Positions 9,913 through 19,998 of a stretch of 32,000 nucleotides of DNA are shown in pieces; the first letter of the stretch is position 1, and every line of letters begins with the position of its first letter. The notes below the pieces were generated by a model. It was not told where the DNA came from and ran no database searches. It saw nothing but the letters and a program-made list of their open reading frames with translations. The DNA is from Candidatus Midichloria mitochondrii IricVA (GTDB taxonomy: Bacteria > Pseudomonadota > Alphaproteobacteria > Rickettsiales > Midichloriaceae): NCBI RefSeq assembly GCF_000219355.1, contig NC_015722.1, positions 570,001 through 602,000 of the forward strand, given 5' to 3'. The translations under genes and the position numbers were made by a program.

Positions 9913-9926
9913 TTGAGTACCTTTAT

Positions 9927-11114
9927 ATGTTACAAAATAAGCGCTCAAGCAGTTTTCTGAAGTGGTGGTGGTTGATAGACTCTCTAATGTTTATCTTTAT
10001 ATTATCTATCATACTGATAGGCGCATTTTTAACCGCTACAGCAAGCCCTGGTGTAGCAGAAAAAATAGGGGCCCCCTACTTTCACTTTTTATACAGGCAA
10101 CTAGTATTCTTAGGAACTGCGCTTGGCGTTGTTGTATTAATTTCTCTTATGAGTAAAAAAGCCATAAAACGATTGGCTCTTTTAGGTTTTGTTGTTACGC
10201 TAATTTTAATGGTATTAGTACTATTCATTGGAGACGAAACTAAGGGCTCAAGACGGTGGATCAATCTGATAGGGTTCTCTATTCAGCCCTCAGAGATCTT
10301 AAAACCTTTATACGCAGTTATAGTTGCTTTAATACTGTCGCCTTATAATTGTAAAAAAAGATTATTTCACTTAAAGTCCTGGAATGTGTATATATGCCTT
10401 GCCATTCATTTAATTATCTGCGCATTACTTTTAATGCAACCTGATTTTGGGATGGCTATTACTATTTCCATGGTTACTATAGGACAACTCTTTGTCGCTG
10501 GCCTTCCATTAATATGGGTTTTAGTTGCTATAATATTTTTTATATCAGCAACTTTTACTGCCTATAAAATGTTTCCACACGTTGCTAACCGTATTAATAG
10601 CTTTTTAAATCCCGAAGATAGTCTTAGTTATCAAGTCGAAAAGTCTATAGAATCATACGTAAATGGTGGAATTTTTGGTAAAGGCCCAGGAGAAGGATCG
10701 GTAAAATTAGTATTACCAGATTCTCACACTGATTTTATATTTGCAGTTGCAGCAGAAGAAATGGGAGCTCTGTTTTGTATGATTATCATTATACTTTTTG
10801 CTTCAATCATCATCAGAGCCATGATACGAATCTCTTCAACAAGAGACCTATTTGTAATATATGCAGTGGTCGGCGTTATGATGTATTTTGGCATTCAATC
10901 GATTTTTAACATAGGAGTGACTTTACATATTCTTCCAACTAAAGGGATGACTTTACCCTTTATTAGTTATGGTGGTTCATCTGCCTTGTCATTTGCTATA
11001 GCTACAGGAATATACCTAAGCTTAACTAAGAAAACAGCATTTCCTAATGCTCATTATATAACGCCGAATTACAACCATATGCGTTCCATAATCCATGATA
11101 CTCCATCGCCTTGA
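9927..11114 (+). CDS. ftsW: SEDS-family peptidoglycan glycosyltransferase (FtsW/RodA)
   Basis: 395-aa, about 10-TM ORF. It has the N-terminal WWWLID...SPGVAEKIG.. and the conserved GGIFGKGPGEG..LPDSHTDFIFAVAAEEMG and LPFISYGGSS motifs. The FtsW-versus-RodA choice is tentative. Confidence 0.75.
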   Translation: MLQNKRSSSFLKWWWLIDSLMFIFILSIILIGAFLTATASPGVAEKIGAPYFHFLYRQLVFLGTALGVVVLISLMSKKAIKRLALLGFVVTLILMVLVLFIGDETKGSRRWINLIGFSIQPSEILKPLYAVIVALILSPYNCKKRLFHLKSWNVYICLAIHLIICALLLMQPDFGMAITISMVTIGQLFVAGLPLIWVLVAIIFFISATFTAYKMFPHVANRINSFLNPEDSLSYQVEKSIESYVNGGIFGKGPGEGSVKLVLPDSHTDFIFAVAAEEMGALFCMIIIILFASIIIRAMIRISSTRDLFVIYAVVGVMMYFGIQSIFNIGVTLHILPTKGMTLPFISYGGSSALSFAIATGIYLSLTKKTAFPNAHYITPNYNHMRSIIHDTPSP

Positions 11115-11303
11115 GGAGACTTCAGTAATGTGAGGAACAAAATGTAGATGGAGTATTGGGAGTCTTAACCTTTTTACTTCTATATTTAATAATTTAACCA
11201 GAAGCACAATATATACAATATGAGTTATATATGCTACGCGTACGATCTACCTATAACTAATCACTCGAAATGTATAGCGAAGCCAACTTATTAAAAAAGA
11301 TAA

Positions 11304-12310
11304 ATGAATAATATACATGTTATAGATATAAGCATCATCGTTATTTATCTTATCGTGTGTGTGTATTGCCGTAAACAAATTCAAGTCAATCAAAACCCTA
11401 AGAGAATATATATTAGAAAGAGGATATTTTTCTGATATAGTGGTTGTTTCCGTTATTTTCTCTGCTCATATAGGAGCTGGTGCTATTGTTGGATCGGTGG
11501 AACAAGTATATAAATTAGGAGTGTTCTTTGCAATTCCATGGTTATGTTTGTCATTTTTCTGGCTACTTATGGCCCAAAGTATACGGGAGAGGACATAAAT
11601 CAATTTCGCGGTCACACCTTCTCAGTGAGCAATATGATGGAAATGTTATACGGCAAAGCTGGCCTCTCTTGATTACTACAATAATCCTAGCTGTCATAAT
11701 GGTGGCTTCTCAAGCTACAGCTTTAGGTTATCTCTTACATTATTTTTTTCAAATCCTTATTTGGAGCGGTACATTCTATGGAATGATAGGACTTGCTCTT
11801 TATTCAATTTGCGGCGGTATACGCGCTGTGGCATTAATTGATGTCTTCCAATTTATAGTATTGGGGTTAAGTTCATACCTCTATTTTGTGTTTACGCATA
11901 CCGTGATTCTGGCGGATTCAATGCTGTCATGACCTCTTTACCTAAAGAACTTATTGAGTTAAATCTTACCAAGAACAATATCTGGCTATTCTTGAGCTTA
12001 ATATTTTTTAACTTATTGCCAAAGTCAGGAGATCCTTATATACAAAGATTTTTGATGACCAAAAGCTCACGACAATTGGCTAGGTGTATGAATTCCTTAG
12101 CTCTGATTGATTTTGCTTTTACAATGATAATAATGATAATAATGATAATAAGTTTTGTGGATTTTTTGTTAGAGCCAAAAACCCCAACATAGAACCCGGT
12201 ATGGCGTTTATTCACTTTATTAACAAATGTGGGGCACATTAGGCAGTACTATAGGGCTATTTGGTATGCATCGTTGGCAAAAATTTCGAGGCATAGAGCC
12301 AAAGGAATAA
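11304..12310 (+). pseudogene. sodium:solute symporter (SSF)-family gene, multiply frameshifted
   Basis: ATG 11304 (MNNIHVIDISIIVIYLIV..) runs into a (GT)5 tract, after which the reading continues in another frame. The membrane-protein reading then hops between ORFs 11359..11598, 11528..11932 and 11929..12192 and beyond. The glycine-rich hydrophobic content is typical of SSF carriers. The 3' end is approximate. Confidence 0.6.
12124..12150 (+). repeat. 9-bp tandem repeat ATGATAATA x3 (encodes MII-MII-MII) inside the symporter pseudogene
   Basis: Read directly: atgataata atgataata atgataata. Confidence 0.9.
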
Positions 12311-12526
12311 ACCAAGCATTATCCATAGGGTTAGTAGTATAGATACCTTTCATTGGTGATAAATCTACCTTGAACCCTTAATTAGTACGTAGCCCCTAGT
12401 CACTTGATTTTAATTGATAACTAGACATTCAAAAACTTTGCTAGATAAAAACTTGATGATCGTACCAATTTATGATTAGCTTACTAAAGCGTTTGCGTGT
12501 TTTGTTATTTCTTGGGTAAATTATTT

Positions 12527-14090
12527 ATGAAAAATCAAAGTGAAGCAGCTCTACTATAGTTCCTGTGGAGGGATTTAGCTCATTAATACTAACCGAAGAG
12601 CAACAGCTTCCGATAAATATGAAACAGAGAATTGAAGCAAATTTAGAGATGGCTAAATCTCTATATGAACAAAAGCTGATCTGCATCAGAGTATCGGTAA
12701 GGTGTGTAGAGCGCTTAACAAACCATATATGGTACTCTCATGGTTTAAAAAATCCTTAGATATTTTAAGTGAGTTAGCTCCAATAAATTATGGCAGATAT
12801 TTATTTAGATATCGCTGATTTTTACGCTAACCAACAAGAAACAGAAAAATCTTTATCGCACTACGAGCAAGCTCTAAGCATCTGTGAACAAATTAATAGT
12901 AAAGAAAAGGTTGCGGATATACTTTATAGTATTGGAAAGCTACACTATAACAACAATAATTTTATTGAGGTGCTGTGGCCATATGAAAAGGCTCCGAGTA
13001 TTTTGAATCAATTAATCGCAGAGCAGAGCAAAAAAAGATATTACGAAAAAATGGCAACAATTTACTTCGACATAGCAGGCTTCCATCACCAAGTAAAAGA
13101 ATTTCAAGAAGTGCTTCCTTTTTACCAAAAGGCTTTGAAAATTAGAATTGCTCTCTTTGGACAAAATAATTTAGAAGTAGCTGCAGTCTGCAAAAGTATG
13201 GCTAACTTTCATAAAGAGCACCTTTATTATCCAGAAAGTTTATCTTTATATGAAAGAGTCTTGGCAATTAAAAAGTGTCGCCTTAGTGCGAGATGACAAA
13301 GAGATGGCTGAAATGTATCATAATGTAGCCGATATACATAATATTTTAGCTAATTCTGTCGAAGCACAAAAATATTATGAACAATCTATACACCTCCGTC
13401 GAGGTATCTTTGGAGAAAATTTTGGAAAATAGAGAAAAGAAGTTGAAGACGTGAGCTACAATCTAGCTAAAATATATCACAAAAACCGCAACTATACAGC
13501 CGCCTTTCTCCTATATCAACAATCTCTTACAATTCGAGAGAGTATTTTTGCTGAAAAAAGCAAAGAAGTAGCAGATATATATTACCACATGGCGTACTTA
13601 TGCAAATCTTTGGGGGTTAATGCAACCAAAACCTCAAGATATTGGCAAAAATCTCTGGATATCTATAAAAAGATTTATGAACAATAAAGCAATAGCTGAT
13701 ATTTGCCACAATTTAACCGATCTAATAAATTACTACAGCGATTATTTTATAAAAAGAGGTATAGGTACCTGGCATGCTAAACCTTTATATAAACAAGGTT
13801 TAGATTAATACAGGAAGTAGCAGAAGTTTATGTCAGCATGGGCTGATGAATATACAATACATGCAAATAACGAATGGGACCATAAGCAGCGAAACTGGGC
13901 AAAAAAAAGTGAAAGGATGCTATGAAAACGCCTTAGCTATTTATCAGGCTATTGGAGAAAATTATGCAGAAACCGCATCTCTTTACTATTATCTTAACTA
14001 AGATGTACAGTAGCATAGCCAAATTTAGAGAAGCAGACGAATGCAAGCAAAAATATAGAGCAATTACAGAGCATTTAAGAGAAGAGTAGA
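12527..14090 (+). pseudogene. TPR-repeat protein (kinesin-light-chain-like TPR_10/12 type), shattered by frameshifts and in-frame stops
   Basis: ORFs 12565..12759, 12790..13296, 13250..13432, 13451..13687 and 13620..13808 lie in three frames. All carry about 42-aa TPR-like units (e.g. ADIYLDIADFYANQQETEKSLSHYEQALSI, VADIYYHMAYLCKSLG). There is an in-frame TAG at 13433 and frame hops, for example at the A-run near 12745. Confidence 0.7.
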
Positions 14091-14364
14091 AAATTGTTAT
14101 CGCCCACGCTAAAACCGAATATAAAAGCGCATTCGTGCAGCGTACTTTTGAACTGGCTGTAGTGTAGATAACAGATGGGGGGCCAAAAAGCCTCCCCCCC
14201 TTTCAACAGACTGCTTAAAATCGGCTTAGATAAGAGAGGGTAAAGAAACTGAGGCGGCTTTCGACTCTCATTAAAGCATTCGATGACTGTGTAGAGGAAA
14301 CATTACGCAGCACTTTAATTAACCTTGAAGCAGCAGAAGAAATCAAAAACCAACAGACCATAGA

Positions 14365-14876
14365 TAACCCCAGTTTGGAGTAAGTTTTAAAGAAGCTGTG
14401 TAACCATTAAATTTTTCTCAATTCACGATAAATAAGACGTCGACCGGATGGTTCTTTGGCCTCAATGATCAAGGAGAGATTATGTCATTCACACTGACTT
14501 CGGGTAATACAGATGATCGAGCCGTTGTCGAGAAACTGACTCAATATTTGACAGGCCTTCTATTCGGAGATCAGTGGTATATAAGCAAAAACACTGAGCA
14601 ATCAAGGTATTGAGCTCATCACACGGCTTAAGAAAAACATGAAAAACAAAACCCGCTTGCGGCTTTTAAACAACTGCTTCTTGCAGGGCGTGAATTGATT
14701 GAAACAGCCATCGGAGAATTGAAAGAGATTTGCCAAATCCAGCGCCACGGCATCGCTCGCCAAACAATTTCTTGGCAGACCTCTTTCTCAGGGCTCTTGG
14801 CTTATGTCTTCAAACCCAATATATCTCATGGAAAAATAGGCTCACGGGCCCTACTCCTTACGTCAAACTGAGGTTA
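14365..14876 (+). mobile_element. IS982-family element, copy B (both terminal IRs retained, 5' half of transposase deleted)
   Basis: The left end TAACCCCAGTTTGGAGTAAG (14365-14384) is an imperfect inverted repeat of the right end ..CTTACGTCAAACTGAGGTTA (ending at 14876). The interior encodes ..GWFFGLNDQGEIMSFTLTSGNTDDRAVVEKLTQYLTGLLFGD.. and the C-terminal ..GLLAYVFKPN.., with frameshifts. Confidence 0.75.
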
Positions 14877-14877
14877 T

Positions 14878-15100
14878 ATAAGGCTGCAACAGCATAAAGT
14901 CACTTAAGGATATCGAGATCCTAGAGATCGACGAGCTGTGCACATATATAAAAAAAGACCAAAGAATGTAGGGGAGTTCGTCTCTATATGGATTGCTGTT
15001 GATAGAGGAGCGGGTGAACTTATTGATTTTGAAGTAGGTTGACCAGGAGTAAGGCAACCTATCTGAACCTGGCATTTAGGCTTGAAGAACGTTATAAAAT
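14878..15100 (+). mobile_element. IS1-family-like transposase internal fragment, copy 1
   Basis: Encodes ..LEIDELCTYIKK.. / ..IWIAVDRGAGELIDFEVG.. (the DE-x-W/C..K...W-x-A-x-DR....G-x-R pattern of IS1-type transposases) with a frameshift. It is about 90% identical to 16634-16860 and abuts the IS982 copy B right end. Confidence 0.5.
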
Positions 15101-15950
15101 TCTATCTATAAATATTAGGCAATGCCAGTCATTTACTCCATCGCCTGATATCAAAAGCAGCAATAGCGGTACCTGCATAATCACCTTTTGCAATACCGTT
15201 GATAATAAAGCCATTTGCGCCATTTAAGCTTGAGAGTTTTAAAGGCGTACCAAAGGATGATTTGCCAAATATTACATAAACTTGACCAACATCAGCCTTA
15301 CTATTTGGGCTAGCGGAAGGCGCTCCAATTATAATATCACTTTTTCCATCACTATTGATGTCTTTCACGGATGATACCGATGATCCTGCAAGATTACCTA
15401 ATTTACGCCATTAATAATAAAACCATCACCCTTACCTAAATAAGAAAGCTCTAAAGAGCTTATAAAAGAAGACTTACCAAATATCACATATGTTTGTCCC
15501 CCACTATATATGCCGCCTGGTGGGTCAGCCCTTTTCGCCCCAATCACTATATCACTAAAACCATAGCCATTGATATCCCCTACCCCTTATACTGAATATC
15601 CTGAATTATCACAAGTTGCTACACCCCTCATTATAAAACCATTAGTACCATTTAGAAATAAAAACTCTAAGGGTGAGGTTAAAAGAGGATTTCCCAAGTA
15701 CTACACAAGCTTGACCGGTGTTGGATCTGTCCGGATCAGCTAAATAAAGCTCCAATAACAATATCATTGAAGCCATCGCCATTTATATCTCCTGCTGGTG
15801 ATACTGACCAGCCTGCATTATCAACTGCTGCAATACCATTAATCACCAATCCAAGAGCCGTTGAATTTAGTAAAGATGATAATGCAAAAATCCCGTTTGT
15901 CATAAACAAAATTCCTTCAGTTAAAGCGGCCGACGCCTGCGCTAATTAAG
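15101..15950 (-). pseudogene. FG-GAP (integrin-alpha-type) repeat protein gene debris
   Basis: ORF 15129..15368 is DINSDGKSDIIIGAPSASPNS..GQVYVIFGKSSF..LSSLNGANGFIINGIAKGDYAG. Further degenerate units of the same LNGxNGFxINGxxxxDxxGxSVxxxGDINGDGxxDxIIGAP pattern run up to about 15950 in shifting frames. Confidence 0.7.
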
Positions 15951-16633
15951 CCATCCAAATTCCTATGGTCCCTGGGTTTAAAGAAAAATATATAAATCCA
16001 CAGAAACTTATAAATCAATCAATATAAAGATTATTGCTGCAGGTCGATATTTATTTAGAGCACCCTCGGGTTAATCAAAAGCAGCGACGCTAAGGCGTTG
16101 TTTTATTTAAAATTACCACTAATACTGAACTGGTTTTAAAAATTCTGCAGGGCATAATATACTGTAAAAATAGGATAATTTGAAAATTGCTATTACCTCT
16201 TGAGTTGCAATATTTTTAATTAATTCACTGATATTATCCGCAGCAATTACCTTGCTTTCGCTATGTCTAAAACAAACTTTATACGTCTTACAGAGCATCG
16301 TGGAATATTCCACATTATAATGTAAAGTTCAAATATTCTAACGCTTAAAATAGTTTCTGAATCCCGTTCAGGCGACCAAAACGTTTTGAAATGTTTTGAA
16401 ATCATTATTCTGAAAATGACTGTAATTATTCCTATAGGACAATGATTGCAATACTATAATCACAAAATCAATCTTTTTATAACCCATTTTGTAGTCTAAC
16501 AATCGCCTATCTTGGTTGCAATATTTTTTGTATTAACCCCTGGGCATTGCCTGGCAATTATAGGCAGCAACAAGATGGTGCGATATCTTCATGGATCGAA
16601 GAGACGGGGGGCACTATGTGCAAGAAAAGTTAG

Positions 16634-16860
16634 ATAAGAGCTGCAACAGCACAAAGTCACTTAAGGATATCGAGGTCCTAGAGATTGACGAGCTGTGCAC
16701 ATATATAAAAAAAGACCAAAGAATGGAAGTGGGAGTACACCTTTATATTGATTGCTGTTAATAGAGGAGCGGGTGAAATTATTGATTTTGAAGGGTAGGG
16801 TGACAGGAGCAAGGCAACCTACCTGAACCTGGCATTTAGGCTTGAAGAACGTTATAAAAT
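16634..16860 (+). mobile_element. IS1-family-like transposase internal fragment, copy 2
   Basis: A duplicate of 14878-15100 that ends at the same nucleotide (..gttataaaat). Weak additional coding-like sequence may extend upstream to about 16560. Confidence 0.5.
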
Positions 16861-16872
16861 CGAGCATTTATG

Positions 16873-16908
16873 TAACCTCAAGTTCGACGTAAGAGGCAGG
16901 CCCGCACC
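16873..16908 (-). mobile_element. solo IS982-family terminal remnant (right-end IR only)
   Basis: taacctcaagttcgacgtaagaggcaggcccgcacc aligns with the copy C terminus taacctcagtttgacgtaaggagtatgcccgtgagcc. It lies between IS1 fragment 2 and the truncated FG-GAP gene. Confidence 0.55.
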
Positions 16909-17075
16909 TTTATCGGCATATAAGGCGTTCCAATTATAATATCATTCTTTCCATCACCATTGATATCTCCAGCTGATGCAACTGAATATCCTGCATAATC
17001 ATTAGCTGTAATACCATTAATAATAAACCCATTTTCGCCATTTAAACTTGATAAATCGAACGTGGCATTGAACAT
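16878..17075 (-). pseudogene. 5' stump of an FG-GAP repeat protein gene (authentic start, truncated after about 55 codons)
   Basis: A strong SD, AGGAGG, lies 7 nt upstream of ATG 17075. MFNATFDLSSLNGENGFIINGITANDYAGYSVASAGDINGDGKNDIIIGTPY is followed by read-through into the IS982 remnant (..MPIKVRACLLRRT*). Confidence 0.7.
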
Positions 17076-17280
17076 GGATAACCCTCCTAAAAAATTGTGT
17101 TGAACTACTTCGTTAACTATATACTGAAATAAACTTCAGATCTAATGTCAAGAAGATAGCTTGAATGATTAGCAATAAATTAATTAAAGATAAAAAATGT
17201 AAAAATTTGTAAAAATATATTTGTTTTAAAGAAGCGTTTTGTCTTATATATCAATTTTTAAATGAATTTAGTTTATCTTT

Positions 17281-19002
17281 ATGTGCGGTATAATAGGCGT
17301 TATTTCTAGCGATCAAGTTGTTGGGCGTATTTTAAAATCTCTGAAACTACTAGAATACCGTGGGTACGACTCTGCAGGTGTTGCGACTATTAAAGGTAAT
17401 AATATCAAAGTTCGTAAAAAATTAGGTAAGCTTGCTAATCTTGCTAAAAGTACAGAAGAAGAGCAGTTAGAGGGTAATATTGGGCTTGGTCATACAAGAT
17501 GGGCAACGCACGGAACCCCTAAAATAGAAAACACGCATCCTATTGTGACTAAAGATAGTGCAGTGGTTCATAACGGAATCATAGAAAACTATCGGGAATT
17601 AAAAGAAGATCTGATAAGAGCTGGCTACAAATTTCACGGTGATACTGATACTGAGGTTATACCTAATATTATTGATTTTTTCCAAAATAATGGGGCAACA
17701 TTAATAGAAGCGGTATTGCTTTGTGCTAACAAGCTAAAAGGCGCATTTGCAATTGGCTTATTATCAAAAAGTAATCCTGATCTTATTATAGCAATTAAGC
17801 AAGGCTCTCCTCTCATTATAGGCCTTGATGAAGAAAAAAAATCTTGTTATTTATCTTCTGATGCCTCTTCGATTTCTGAGTTCTGTCGAGAGGTAATATA
17901 TTTAGAAGACGGACAAATAGGGATTTTGGAGAGCAACCAGTATAAGATTATCGATTTTGATGGCCAAGAGGTTGCTATAAAAAAAGAGAAAGTGAGCAAT
18001 GAAAAATGTTCTGATTTAAGCGGATTTTCTAGCTTTATGCTTAAAGAAATATATGAGCAGCCTAAGATTATAAAGGATATAATCGCAAAATATGACGAGC
18101 AAGCTAATAAAATTGATTTTTCTAAAATTAATCACATTAAAATAATTGCTTGCGGTACATCGATGTATGCTGGGTACATTGCAAAATTATGGCTTGAGGA
18201 AAAGTATAATATCAATACTTCGGTTGAAATCGCCTCAGAATTCAGCACCAAAAAAAATCCGATTATTAATAAAGGGGAATTATTCTTCTTTATTTCGCAA
18301 TCGGGAGAAACTGCCGATACCTTAGCTTCTCTAAAATTAGTAAAAAAGCATGGAGGGTGCGCAATCGGCATTATTAATAATGCTAACAGTACTATGGCGA
18401 AACTAGTAGATAAGTTGATTCTAGTTGAAGCGGGAATTGAAATTGCTGTAGCCGCTACTAAGACTTTTCTAGCTCAGTTAGCAACTTTTGCATTTATAAG
18501 TGGAATTGAAGTTGAAAATTTAAAGCAATCGGTAAAACTGATCCAACAAATTTTAAAGAAGGATAAAGAAATTTATAAGATAGCAAAGGATGGTTTAGTC
18601 AATGCACAAAAAGTTATATTTATTGGCCGTGCTGTAAGCTATCCTATAGCCTTGGAGGGTGCTCTTAAGATGAAAGAATTAGCCTATATACCAGCAGAAG
18701 GAATTGCAGCTGGTGAATTAAAACATGGCTCGATTGCTTTGATCGATGAAAAAACATCTGTTATAGTTATTGCGCCTGAAGACAGCAGCTTTAGCAAGAT
18801 AGTTTCCAATATTAATGAAATTAAAGCTCGTAGCGGAAAAATTATTTTAATTGCATGCAGAAAAGCACTAGATCAGTTAAAACATTTATATGATTATGCT
18901 ATAGAAGTGCCAGAGTATATTTCCGAGGTTACGATACCTTTTATTTATACTCCAGTTTTTGCAATTTATTGCTCATCATACAGCTCTACTACGAGGAAAT
19001 GA
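17281..19002 (+). CDS. glmS: glutamine--fructose-6-phosphate aminotransferase (isomerising); C-terminal about 30 codons displaced to the +1 frame (true end 19048)
   Basis: It has the MCGIIG Ntn-amidotransferase start and two SIS domains. The universally conserved C-terminus ..[29 protein letters not shown] is encoded in the next frame (stop 19046-19048), downstream of a T5 run at 18956-18960. Confidence 0.9.
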   Translation: MCGIIGVISSDQVVGRILKSLKLLEYRGYDSAGVATIKGNNIKVRKKLGKLANLAKSTEEEQLEGNIGLGHTRWATHGTPKIENTHPIVTKDSAVVHNGIIENYRELKEDLIRAGYKFHGDTDTEVIPNIIDFFQNNGATLIEAVLLCANKLKGAFAIGLLSKSNPDLIIAIKQGSPLIIGLDEEKKSCYLSSDASSISEFCREVIYLEDGQIGILESNQYKIIDFDGQEVAIKKEKVSNEKCSDLSGFSSFMLKEIYEQPKIIKDIIAKYDEQANKIDFSKINHIKIIACGTSMYAGYIAKLWLEEKYNINTSVEIASEFSTKKNPIINKGELFFFISQSGETADTLASLKLVKKHGGCAIGIINNANSTMAKLVDKLILVEAGIEIAVAATKTFLAQLATFAFISGIEVENLKQSVKLIQQILKKDKEIYKIAKDGLVNAQKVIFIGRAVSYPIALEGALKMKELAYIPAEGIAAGELKHGSIALIDEKTSVIVIAPEDSSFSKIVSNINEIKARSGKIILIACRKALDQLKHLYDYAIEVPEYISEVTIPFIYTPVFAIYCSSYSSTTRK

Positions 19003-19049
19003 TGTAGATAAGCCAAGAAATTTAGCTAAATCTGTCACTGTTGAGTAGA

Positions 19050-19356
19050 TTATTTAAATAGCTGTACAGCCGCGATAATTGCAGATAATAAACCTGAAAT
19101 CTGTACGAAGGTCATACCAAAATGCCACTTCAAGGCTTCGATTCTGGCGGCGTTCAGCTTAGATTCAATTCTTACAAAATGATGCTTTATTAGGTCATCC
19201 AATTCATTCTTACTAATAAATTGGAGTCGGCAATGATTTTCAAAATTACTGATTTCACTAGCAACACTAGCTGCATACTTTTATAGTTACTCCATATTTA
19301 AGTAACCTATTGGCGATTACACCGGAATTGAAATCTTGGTCTATAGACTGTTTCAT
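19050..19356 (-). pseudogene. small coiled-coil protein with C-terminal TM helix (DUF1640/CCDC90-like), single frameshift
   Basis: ATG 19356 gives MKQSIDQDFNSGVIANRLLKYGVTIK.. and stops at 19267. The next frame continues ..YAASVASEISNFENHCRLQFISKNELDDLIKHHFVRIESKLNAARIEALKWHFGMTFVQISGLLSAIIAAVQLFK* (stop 19050-19052). The junction is an A4 run (plus-strand T4, 19279-19282). The family call is from memory and is weak. Confidence 0.4.
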
Positions 19357-19360
19357 AAAA

Positions 19361-19714
19361 TTACACTTCCACTGATAAAATTGTGTGTTTCAGGCTCTTT
19401 TTACATTCTAACTTTAATTTGAAGTGATCTAGCTCTCCTATATCATTAGAAATTTCGTACTTTTGGATATCAAATATTGCTTCGATCTCAAAATTAGTGT
19501 GCTTAATTGTCCCGCTAAAATTTCTTTTATTGAATGCTAAATCTTGGATTAATAACTGTTCATTACTACCTAAAAATATACCTTTGAGTTCAATCAAATA
19601 GGAGCTTTTTAAGGTATTATAATAACTATTATTTGTTTCGATATTTATAAGTTGTAAACCAATAATTTTACGAAGGTTGTTTTGAATACGAAACTCGAGG
19701 GATAATTTTTTCAT
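19361..19714 (-). CDS. hypothetical protein (117 aa), no recognisable family
   Basis: Intact ORF. Its ATG overlaps the stop of the upstream 60-aa ORF in an ATGA junction (19711-19714). It ends 4 nt before the DUF1640-like gene start. Confidence 0.45.
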   Translation of the reverse strand: MKKLSLEFRIQNNLRKIIGLQLINIETNNSYYNTLKSSYLIELKGIFLGSNEQLLIQDLAFNKRNFSGTIKHTNFEIEAIFDIQKYEISNDIGELDHFKLKLECKKSLKHTILSVEV

Positions 19715-19893
19715 CCTAACCTCATTAAATTAAGAGTTTCCACTGTAATTCTACTTTTCCATATTTTCTTAGTTTTTAATTGGGAGATGGCAATACCTTT
19801 GACTTCGATCGAGTGGATTTGCTGTGGGAACTCGGTTAGAAAAAGTTCGTTTATAGAGCCTGAAATTAATCCCGATACATTTAAAACAAACAT
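19711..19893 (-). CDS. hypothetical protein (60 aa), no recognisable family
   Basis: First ORF of the compact minus-strand run. It shares an I-E-[VL]-K-G-I motif with the 117-aa ORF (IEVKGIAIS versus IELKGIFLG). No obvious SD. Confidence 0.35.
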   Translation of the reverse strand: MFVLNVSGLISGSINELFLTEFPQQIHSIEVKGIAISQLKTKKIWKSRITVETLNLMRLG

Positions 19894-19998
19894 TCATGAT
19901 TATCTAAAGAATACACATTAATTTCTATAGTGTTTTTTTCTATATTAACCTCTCAACTTAACTATAAAATAAATGTAAAATTAATTAAAAGTAGACTA

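Noticed and set aside
11022-11207. 61-aa minus-strand ORF overlapping the ftsW 3' end
   Set aside because: It overlaps a well-supported gene on the opposite strand and has no coding features.
14180-14215. G6...C7 complementary runs (ggggggccaaaaagcctccccccc) as an intrinsic terminator after the TPR pseudogene
   Set aside because: Only the homopolymer runs pair and the loop is 11 nt, though a short T3 follows. A homopolymer G/C stem is too unspecific to call a terminator.
15101-15950. Periodic DNA repeats that might suggest a CRISPR-like array
   Set aside because: The periodicity is that of protein-coding FG-GAP units (LNGxNGF..GDINGDG..IIGAP) on the minus strand. There are no short identical direct repeats with unique spacers, and no CRISPR array anywhere in the window.
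16119-16313. 64-aa GTG-start ORF, and the 14-bp perfect palindrome GTGGAATATTCCAC (16300-16313) at its start
   Set aside because: The ORF has no SD, no motif, and sits in IS and pseudogene debris. The palindrome is short and isolated. It is noted here but not supportable as a gene or a regulatory site.
16383-16402. Tandem duplication gttttgaaat x2
   Set aside because: Only two short AT-rich units. This is too small to interpret.
17076-17280. Possible glmS ribozyme or other riboswitch in the glmS leader
   Set aside because: The leader is extremely AT-rich with no recognisable paired core. The glmS ribozyme is a Gram-positive feature and is not expected in an alphaproteobacterium-like genome.
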